Assembly (NCBI GenBank): GCA_030390025.1
Contig: CM059432.1
Location: forward strand, 114,206,001 to 114,270,000
Direction of reading: 5' to 3'
DNA length: 64,000 nucleotides
Origin: Squalus acanthias
Taxonomy: Eukaryota
A program made the position numbers and the translations under genes. Each line of letters opens with the position of its first letter. The first letter of the stretch is position 1. A model generated the notes under the pieces. That model was not told the DNA's origin. It made no database searches and worked only from the letters and a program-made list of their open reading frames with translations. Positions 25,197 to 34,960 of the stretch are shown in pieces.

Positions 25197-26536
25197 TCGT
25201 GTTTAACCAACTTGATTGAGTTTTTGATGAGGTAACAGAGAGGGTTGATGAGGGCAAGGCGGTTGACGTGGTATACATGGATTTCCAAAAGGCGTTCGAC
25301 AAAGTGCCACATAATAGGCTTGCCAGCAAAGTTGAAGCCCATTGAATAAAAGGGACAGTGGCAGCATGGATACGAAATTGGCTAAGTGACAGGAAACAGA
25401 GAGTAGTGGTGAACGGTTGTTTTTCGGACTGGAGGAAGGTATACAGTGGTGTTCCCCAGGGGTCGGTTCTAGGACCACTGCTTTCCTTGATATATATTAA
25501 TGACTTGGATGTGGGTGTACAGGGCACAATTTCAAAAATATGCAGATGGCACAAAACTTGGAAGTATAGTGAACAGTGAGGAGGAGAGTGTTAGACTTCA
25601 AGAGGACACAGACAGGCTGGTGGAATAGGCAGACACGTGGCAGATGAAATTTAACGTAGAAAAGTGCGAAGTGATACATTTTGGTAGAAAGAATGAAGAG
25701 AGGAAATATAAATTAAAGGGTACAATCCTAAAGGGGGTGCACGAACAGAGAGACCTAGGGGTATATGTGCACAAATCATTGAAGGAAGCAGAGCAGGTTT
25801 AGAAAGCGGTTAAAAAAGCTTACGGGATCCTGGGCTTCATGAATAGAGGTAGAGTACAAATACGTGGAAATTGTGATGAACCTTTATAAAACACTGGTTC
25901 GGCCTCAACTGGAGTATTGTGTCCAATTCTGGGCACCAAATGTGAAGACCTTAGAGAGGGTGCAGAAAATATTTACGAGAATGATTCCAGGGATGAGGGA
26001 CTTGAGTTATGCGGATAGACTAGAGAAGCTGGGGTTGTTCTACTTAGAGCAGAGAAGACGGAGAGGAGATTTGACAGAAGTGTTCAAAATCATGAGGGGT
26101 CTGGATAGAGGAGATAGTGAGAAACTGTTCCTATTGGCAGAAGGATCGAGAACCAGAGTCACAGATTTAAGGTGATTGGCAGAAGAACCAAAGGTGACAT
26201 GAAGAAAAACATTTTCACTCAGCGAGTGGTTAGGATCTGGAATACACTGCCTAAAAGGGAGGTGGAGGCAAACTCAATCACAGCTTTTAAAAGGGAGTTG
26301 GATAAGTACCTGAAGGAAAAAAAATTGCAGGGTTACGGGGAAAGGGTGGGGGAGTGGGACTAGCTGAAGTGCTGTTGCAGAGAGCTGGCATGGGCTCGAC
26401 GAGCCGAATGGTCTTCTTCCGTGCTGTAACCATTCTATGATTCTTTCCTGAATGTTTTTCTATAATCAGTCAGCAGGGGAAATATCACGGGGTATTGACG
26501 GAGCCTGACAGTGCAAGTTGAGCACTCTTACATAGA

Positions 26537-27930
26537 GGGCTCGATTTTAATTCCCGAGGCGGGTTGGAGGCGGGTTGCGTGGTGGGTGGGTTCTGGAACC
26601 GCTTCCGGTGGGAACAGCTGCAGAGTTGCGATTTTTATTAAACTAGCTTGTTAATTTCATGGAGGCGCGCTGGCCGGTTCAATGAGTGGGATCTGGTCGG
26701 CTGGCCGCCTCTGATGACGTCATAATAGCAGCTGCTTTTAAAGCTGCCATCCAGCCTGAGCCTTTCCATTGTGGTTTCCTGTACTTGTTTTAAAAGCTAT
26801 GACTTCTTCCAGAGGCAAGGCAGCTCCTCGTTTTAATGATGAGTCCCTACAAGTTCTTGTGGATGCTGTCAGAGGGCGCAGGGAGATTCTCTTCCCTCCT
26901 GATGGCCGGAGGAAGCCTCCTCAGCAGACCAAGGCAGCCTGGCTGCGCATTGCTCAGGAGGTGAACGCAAGGTGCATTTATGCACGCTCATGGATCCAGT
27001 GCCGCAAAAGGTTTAATGATCTTGTGAGAACATCAAAAGTGAGTATCCCATCTCACTTGCCTTCACTCTGCTTCCCTTCTCATCACCAGCACTCTGCGTT
27101 GTAAGCCTCCTCCTTCACATCTCACCTTACTCTTACTTCCCTTGCACCCTTTCCTATCGATCTCTGTCTCTGCACTGAATCACCTCAGCATCCTGCCTGT
27201 GCATCCTTTAGACTCACTCTCACTGTCATGCAGTGACAACAACTAACAACACACAGGGAGCTACCTTCCTCTTGGCACCTTACCCCATCTTCGTCTCACT
27301 CAAAGCTTCTATGGTAGGGATTAATCACACTCACTCCATCACTGTGGCTGAAACACCGCTTGTGTCCCTCCTTGCAGGAAAAGATAGCCCAGAATAAGAG
27401 GGAGAGAGCAATGACTGGAGGAGGAACAGCTACCCTTGCAACATTGACCAGTGCTGAGGAGGCAGCAAACGAGATTGTTGGAGGTGGCGAGGACCTGGAA
27501 GTGGGCAATGGAGAGACGGGTACACTAGAGGAAGCTGGTGACATAATAGCGTTTCATCCCTCTCAGAAAGCAATGGAATATTATGTTCATAGAGAATCGC
27601 ATTGTATCATCTGCTCAAAAGGATGTGTCTGCTATATCAATATCAGATGTCTAATTCAAGCCTTTACTCTCCCACAGGACCATCGAGCGCCCCCCTCCCC
27701 ACGATCCAGGACGAAGACTCGGACATCTCCTCAGAGGAACCTGAAGTCACGGGGTGGGTTTGCCTCCAGGGTTAGTGTGAGTGTGGAGAGAATGGAGGAG
27801 TCCATCTCTAACATCAGCACTGCCGTGGTGGAGGCAATGGCGCATGAACGCACCACCATGGATAGGATGGCAACCTCCGTGGAAAGGATGGCTACCTCAG
27901 TGGAAAGGATGGCTATGGTCATGGAGGAAC
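26537..27930 (+). mobile_element. Left arm of a Harbinger element carrying a spliced Myb/SANT gene, cut off by a LINE
   Basis: TIR-like GGGCTCGATTTT followed by GAGGCGGG repeats; CRE TGACGTCA; Myb exons downstream. Confidence 0.8.
26799..27930 (+). pseudogene. Harbinger Myb/SANT-like DNA-binding protein gene, three apparent exons (~26799-27038, ~27378-27537, ~27677-27930)
   Basis: PRFNDESLQVLV...KAAWLRIAQEVN...RSWIQCRKRFNDL; donor AA|GTGAGT at ~27039; acceptors TTGCAG and CCACAG; C-terminal heptads ERMATSV. Confidence 0.8.
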
Positions 27931-28020
27931 GGTAGCATAGTGGTAATATCACTGGGCTAGTAATCCGGAGGCCTGGACTAATGATCCAGAGATGAGAGTT
28001 CATAATCCCACCACGGCAGC
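27931..28020 (+). promoter_or_regulatory. tRNA-derived internal Pol III promoter (A and B boxes)
   Basis: A box TAGCATAGTGG (27933-27943) fits TRGCNNARYGG; B-box-like GTTCATAATCC (27998-28008); hairpin CTGGA-CTAATGA-TCCAG in the variable-arm position. Confidence 0.8.
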
Positions 28021-31000
28021 TGGGGAATTTAAATTCAGTTAATTAAATAAATCTGGAATAATTACTAGCATCAGCAATGGTAACCATGAAACTATTGGAT
28101 TGTCGTTAAAAACACATCTGGTTCACTAATGTCCTTTAAGGAAGGAAATCTGCCGTCCTTACCTGGTCTGGCCGATATGTGACTCCAGACCCACAGCAAT
28201 GTGGTTGACTCTGAACTGCCCTCTGAAATGGCCTAGCAAGTCACTCAGTTGTGACAAACCGCTACGAAACACAATAATAAGAATGAAACCGGACGGACCA
28301 CCCGGCATCGACCTCGGCACCGGCTACGGCACACCCAGCCCAGTCGACCCTGCAAAGTCCTCCTGACCAACATCTGGGGACTTGTGCCAAAATTGGGAGA
28401 GCTGTCCCACAGACTAGTCAAGCAACAGCCTGACATAGTCATACTCACAGAATCATACCTTTCAGCCAATGTCCCAAACTCCTCCATCACCATCCCTGGG
28501 TATGTCCAGGGGTGGTAGCACAGTGATATACAATCGGGAAGGAGTAGCCCTGGGAGTCCTCAACATTGACTCTGGACCCCATGAAGTCTCATGGCTTCAG
28601 GTCAAGCATGGGCAAGGAAACCTCCTGCTGATTACTACCTACTGCCCTCCCTCAGCTGATGAATCAGTACTCCTCCATGTTGAACACCACTTGGAAGAAG
28701 CACTGAGAGTAACAAGGGCACAGAATGTACTCTGGGTGGGGGACTTCAATGTCCATCACCAAGAGTGGCTCGGTAGCACCACTACTGACTGAGCTGGCCA
28801 AGTCCTGAAGGACATAACTGCCAGTCTGGGCCTGCGACAGGTGGTGAGTCAACCAACACGAGGGAAAAACCTACTTGACATTGTCCTCACCAATCTACCT
28901 GTCACAGATGCATCTGTCCATGACAGCATTGGTAGCAGTGACCACTGCACAGCCATTGTGGAGATGAAGACCTGTCTTCGCACTGAAGACAACCTCCATC
29001 GTGTTGTGTGGCACTACCACCGTGCTAAATGGGATAGATTCAGAACAGATCTAGCAGCTCAAAACTGGGCATCCATGAGGCGCTGTGGGCCATCAGCAGC
29101 AGTACAACTGTATTCCACCACAATCTGTAACCTCATGACCCGTCATAACCCTTACTCTACCATTAACACCAAGCCAGGGGACCAACCCTCGTTCAACAAG
29201 GCGCGTAGAAGAGCATCCCAGGAGCAGCACCAGGCGTACCTAAAAATGAGGTGCCAACCTGGGGAAGCTGCAACACAGGACTACATGCATGCTAAAAAGC
29301 GGAAGCAGCATGCTATATACAGGGCTAAGCAATCCCACAATCAACGGATCAGATCAAAGCTCTGCAGTCCTGCCACATCCAGTCGTGAATAGTGGTGGAC
29401 CATTAAACAACTAACGGGAGGAGGAGGCTCCAAGAATATCCCCATCCTCAATGATGGTGGAGCCCAGCACGTGAGTGCAAAAGACAAGGCTAAAGCGTTT
29501 GCAACCAACTTCAGCCAGAAGTGCCAAGTGGATGATCCATACCGGCCTACTCCCGAGGTCCCCACCATCACAGAAGCCAGTCTTCAGCCAATTCGATTCA
29601 CTCCACGTGATATCAAGAAACAGCTGAGCGCACTGGATACAGCAAAAGCTATGGGCCCCGACAACATCCCAGCTATCGTGCTGAAGACTTGTGCTCCAGA
29701 ACTAGCCGCACCTCTAGCCAAGCTGTTCCAGTACAGCTACATCACTGGCATCTATCCGACAAAGTGGAAAACTGCCCAGGTATGTCCTGTTCACAAAAAG
29801 CAGGACAAATCCAACCCGGCCAATTACCGCCCCATCAGTCTACTCACAATCATCAGCAAAGTGATGGAAGGTGTCATCGACAGTGCTATCAAGCGGCACT
29901 TACTCACCAATAACCTGCTCACTGATGCTCAGTTTGGGTTCCGCCAAGACCACTCGGCTCCCGACCTGATTACAGCCTTGGTCTAATCATGGACAAAGGA
30001 GCTGAATTCCAGAAGTGAGGTGAGAGTGACTGCCCTTGACATCAAGGCAGCATTTGACCGAGTCTGGCATCAAGGAGCCCTAGTAAAACTGAAGTCAATG
30101 GGAATCAGGGGGAAAACTCACCACTGGCTGGAGTCATACCTACCACAAAGGAAGATGGTTGTGGTGGTTGAAGGTCAATCATCACAGCCCCAGGACATCG
30201 CTGCAGGATTCCTCAGGGCAGTGTCCTAGGCCCAACCATCTTCAGCTGCTTCATCAATGACCTTCCCTCCAACATAAGGTCAGAAATGGGGATGTTCACT
30301 GATGACTGCAGTGTTCAGCGCCATTCACAACTCCTCAGACAATGAAGCAGTCCATGACCGCATGCAAGAAGACCTGGACGACATTCAGACTTGGGCAGAT
30401 AAGTGGCAGGTAACATTCGCGCCGCAGAAGTGCCAGGCAATGACTATCTCCAACAAGCGAGAGTCTAACCACCTCCCCATGACATTTAATGGCATTACCA
30501 TCGCCGAATCCCCCACTATCAACATCCTGGGGGTTACCATTAACCAGAAACTTAACTGGACCAGCCACATAAATACTGTGGCAACAAGAGCAGGTCAGAG
30601 GCTAGGAATTCTGCGGCGAGTGTCTCATCTCCTGACTCCCCAAAGCCTTTCCACCATCTACAAGGCACAAGTAAGGAGTGTGATGGAATACTCTCCACTT
30701 GCCTGGATGAGTGCAGCTCCAACAACACTCAAGAAGCTTGACACCATCCAGGACAAAGCAGCCCGCTTGATTGGCACCCCATCCATCACCTTAAACATTC
30801 ACTCCCTCCACCACCGGCGTACCGTGGCTGCAGTGTGTACCATCTACAAGATGCACTGCAGCAACTCGCCAAGGCTTCTTCGGCAGCACCTCCCAAACCT
30901 GCGACCTTTTCCACCTAGAAGGACAAAGGCAGCAGGCGCATGGGAACACCACCACCTCCAAGTTCCCCTCCAAGTCACACACCATCCTGACTTAGAAGTA

Positions 31001-31190
31001 TATCGCCGATCCTTCATCGTCGCTGGGTCAAAATCCTGGAACTCCCTCCCTAACAGCACTGTAGGTGTGCCAGCACCACATGGACTGCGGCGGTTCAAGG
31101 CGGCGGCTCACCATCAGCTTCTCAAGGGCAACTAGGGATGGGCAATAAATGCTGGCCTTGCCAGCGACGCCCAGATCCCATAAGCGAATA
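27931..31190 (+). mobile_element. Compact APE-RT LINE, copy 3: full length, tRNA-derived 5' head, single (now disrupted) ORF
   Basis: tRNA-like head 27931-28020; APE from ~28351 (KVLLTNIWGL, QPDIVILTESY, GDFN, SDH); RT (NYRPISLL, QFGFR, DIKAAFDRVWH, MFTDD); same 3' end as copies 1, 2 and 4. Confidence 0.95.
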
Positions 31191-31334
31191 AATAATATTT
31201 AATATACTAAAAAATTGACTAGTGTACACCAATGAAACTAGTAAATGGTTCAGTATAGTTTTTCAAAATCATTTTCAGTGTGATTTAAAATCAGGTCACT
31301 CACAGGTAGTGGACCCATTTTCAGCTGTATTAAT

Positions 31335-32069
31335 GGGCCGGATATTCCAACCCTCGCGGGTGCGTACGAGGTGCATACGCACCCGTAGGGGCCTCGCAAG
31401 TGCCGGTTTCAGGCATGCGAAGCGCATGCACTAAAACCCAGCACTTCCAATCTGTCAAGAATTCTCTTGACAGATCATCCGCCTGCCCAGGAGAAGGACC
31501 TCTGTGGGCAGAGAGTTAAGCTTTCTGCACAACCTCCGCCCGCTGAAAACCTTTAAAAATCTTACGCCTGGTAAAAGCAGGCATAAGGCCTGCTTTTACC
31601 AGCATAAGAGTTTAAAAAAATAAATATTTTTTTTCCCCACTCATTTATCATTTTAAAATACTTTTAAAAAGGTAAGTTTATTTTTAGCCCCGTAAAAAAC
31701 TTTATTTTCTTCAATAAATTAAATATTATAAACAAAAATTACATTTTATGTAATTTTAACTAAGTTTAAATAAGTGATTTAAAAAAAAATTATTTAATGT
31801 TTAACTGTTTTTAAGTGATCTATGCGTAGAAACCTGTCAAATGTGTGCAGGGGGATTCGTTTCTTTGATTGGTTCCCCATGGCCCATGTAATCCCAGGGA
31901 CTCTTGCGAACTGCCTGCGCCCCGGGATACCTGGGCCTCTGCGCGCGCGGACCAGGAGAGGCCCAGGATCGGAAGTCTCGGGACCTACGGAGCCAGCAGG
32001 TAAGTGCGAAGATTTTTCCAGATCGGAGGCATCCTCAGGCAGGAAGCCTCCGATTGGAAAATCTGGCCC
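31335..32069. mobile_element. MITE family A copy (reverse orientation)
   Basis: TIRs GGGCCGGATATTCCAA / TTGGAAAATCTGGCCC; TSD AAT. Confidence 0.9.
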
Positions 32070-32189
32070 AATAAAACTGCACCAAGTAACTACTCTTAAA
32101 TACATCAATGAATATTTTTAATGCAAGAGAAAAAAAAGAACAATTACGTTCTGTTACGCTGCCCAGTTGCGCTGGTTCACGGAAGATAA

Positions 32190-32938
32190 TGGCCTGTATT
32201 TTCCGATCGCAGGCCTCCCACGGGCGGAGGCCTGCAATCTGGAAAAATCTACGCCCTTACCTGAGGACTCCCGGGACGCACACGCTTCCGCTCCTGGGCC
32301 TCTCCAAACTTGAAGTGTGTAGGGCCTACGTATCTCAGGGGCGCATGTAGTTCGCAGCGTCCCTGGGATCACGTGGGCCATGGGGAGCCAATCACAGAAG
32401 GGAATCTCCCATCATACATTTGACAGGAAGCCCTGTCAAATATATGAATGGAGATCACCCCAAAAACATAGTAAAACTTTAAATACATTTTTTTTTAATC
32501 ACATTTTTTAAATGACTTGAAATTACAATAAATTAAGTATTTTAAATAAAAATTAAATTTTTTGAAAAAAATAATTTAAGTTTTTTCTGGGGCTAAAATT
32601 AAATTTACCTTTTTTTAAAGTATTTTTAAATGATAAATCAGTGAAAAAATTATTTTTCTAACTTTTTTTCAACTCTTATCCTGGTAAAAGCAGGCCTTTT
32701 ACCAGGCGTAAGAATTGTAAGGGTTTTCTGCGGGCGGAGGGTCTCCAAAAAGCGAACTATCCGCCCGCAGAGGCCCTTTTCCAGGGCAGCCGGAGGATCT
32801 GTCAAGACCATCCTTGACAGATCGGAAATGCTGGTTTTTAGCGCATGCGCTGTGCATGCCTGAAACCGGCATTTCGGATGTCCCTACGGGTGGGTACACA
32901 GCACGTACACACCCGTAGCGATCGGAATATCTGGGCCT
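32190..32938. mobile_element. MITE family A copy (forward orientation)
   Basis: TIRs GGCCTGTATTTTCCGATCG / CGATCGGAATATCTGGGCC; AT-rich 3-bp flanks. Confidence 0.88.
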
Positions 32939-33329
32939 TTATGTTTGTGATTATGCAAATGAGTTTGGGCGGAAACTTGAACAATATTCTTCAATTCGGA
33001 AAACCAGCGCAATTTGCGCCAAGTCTGCAGATTGCCCCCAAAGCGGAAACTCTATTTCCTATGCCTCTATTTATAAAGCCAAGAATCCCATATGCCTTTT
33101 TAGCAGCATTTAACTTTTGCTGCATTTTCCTCAGTGCATTAATTCCTGTTGTTGTGGAGGGATACATCTTTGCATTACTAAGACTTTTATTTTCCATTAT
33201 GGCTTTAACACCGCTTGCAGCTGTAATTTAACTTGCATCAAAGTGCTGAAGATGGACAATCTTTTGGAGGTTCCAATAGCGCTTTCAGATTTGGAGGAGA
33301 AAACTGAGTTTATGAATGGACAATAAGGG

Positions 33330-33565
33330 CAGATGCAACTATATCTGTAGCAGTATCTCCACACACATCCTCACCTAAAGACCCACATTTATTGGTCCAG
33401 GTGCTCCTTATGAGGCATGTGAGAGGAGACCTGTTTTTGATACTTCCACTTCACAAAGAAGGCTGTCACATAGCTATGCCATCTTTTGGAGGCTGATCTG
33501 CAGATAACTTGGACTCATGAATGGCTCTTCCTGTGGTTGTGAAGGTGACTACTGTATTAAACTGA
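33330..33565 (+). pseudogene. Degraded N-terminal fragment of a Harbinger transposase
   Basis: FHFTKKAVT.LCHLLEADLQ and ALPVVVKVTTVLN; the latter matches VKVTTALN of the 3724-4880 transposase. Confidence 0.6.
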
Positions 33566-34960
33566 CTAACGTCTTGTACAAATTTAGCATCTGTTTTTAT
33601 ATTCAATGCCCATGTGTAAAACACAGAATCCCATTTGTTTTTCCTAATGGCCTTTTATACCTGCACTTCTACCTTTAAACATTTATGCATTTGAATTCCT
33701 AGATGTCTCTGATCTTCCACCCTCTACTCTGCTGAAAATCTTACCTTTGCGGATATAAATCCATTCACTCTTATGTTTCCCAAAATGCACAGCTTCTTAT
33801 TTCTCGGTCTTGAATGGAATCTACCACCTATCTGCTCGTTCTACATTCCTTTCACCATTTTTCCCTGACATTTCTTTCCCCTAACCCCCACCCCTCCCCC
33901 ACAACAACTTTGTAAATGGCTAAAATCATTTAAAATCCATTTTGAACCTTTATAATGTATGAAATGATAGTCGTGCCCACATGCAGCCACTTACTTTTAA
34001 GTGGCCACATCCCTTTAAATTTGAATCATTGATAACCTAGCTGCTATAGTAAGGTCAAAGCTGTGCTGGGACCACATGCTAATTATTCAAATTTTAAATT
34101 GCACGTAGTCAGCACAATGTTTTGCGCTGACAAGACATTCCTGGCACAGATTTTCCTGGGACCATAAATGAAACACTTTAGTGCAGAAGCCTCCTGATTT
34201 GATCATAGTTCTGCTGTAGTGCTGCCCACAGCCCATCGTTCACATCATAATGTGAACAAAATGCAACCACCCAATCACACAGAAGGACAGATTTCCCGAA
34301 TGTGCACTCCCGGTGAGGAGTCCATTCAAATGAATGAATGGTAAAATCATGGGGATCGTGCCTGCGATTTCCTGATTTGTGCTCCTGCATGCAAGGCTCC
34401 TTACTGGAAGCATCAGTCTGTAAAATCCACCCTTAAATGTCTGCTGCAAGGTTGCTTCTACCCGGCAAAGTTTCAAAACATAAAATACAGTAATGAGAGG
34501 CAACTGAGAGATACCATTAACAGTTCAGATATCTGCCTTGATAAGCATTAGGGATTAAGGTGAAATTTGTTGAATTATACTGTCCCTTTTAGTATTGAAA
34601 TTTTAATCTGTCAAATGACAAGATGTTGTATATTAAATGCAAATAGGCTGCACTGTCAGAAACACAAGAGGAGCTTTACTTATGTCAGTAGGCTCTGTTC
34701 TCTCAATGTTAAACAGTTGGCTTGCTCCAAATTAAAAAGATTAATGTTCGAATGAAAATGCATACCCTTAGTACAAAAACTGAAAGATAATTAACAAAAC
34801 TCATTGCATCAGCAGCAACAGAAATATACTCAGAACTGCCCCAGATCAGTAAGACAATACAAAATTGTATCAAAGAATTAATATTTTGATATGAATGCAG
34901 TTCTGTTCCAGGTTCCAAGTTTTAAATAATTGCGTAATAAAGAGACGGTAAGGAATCTTA

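Larger units (their letters stand above)
23148..26445 (+). mobile_element. CR1 LINE ORF2 3' portion, interrupted by a Penelope-like element
   Basis: KSPGPDGMHPRML, NYRPVSLTS, SQHGFVKGKSC, resuming at 25209; [10 protein letters not shown]; tail TTCTATGATTCT. Confidence 0.95.

Noticed and set aside
27931..28020. Functional tRNA gene
   Set aside because: No complete cloverleaf or acceptor stem and no downstream T-run; it continues into a repeat body
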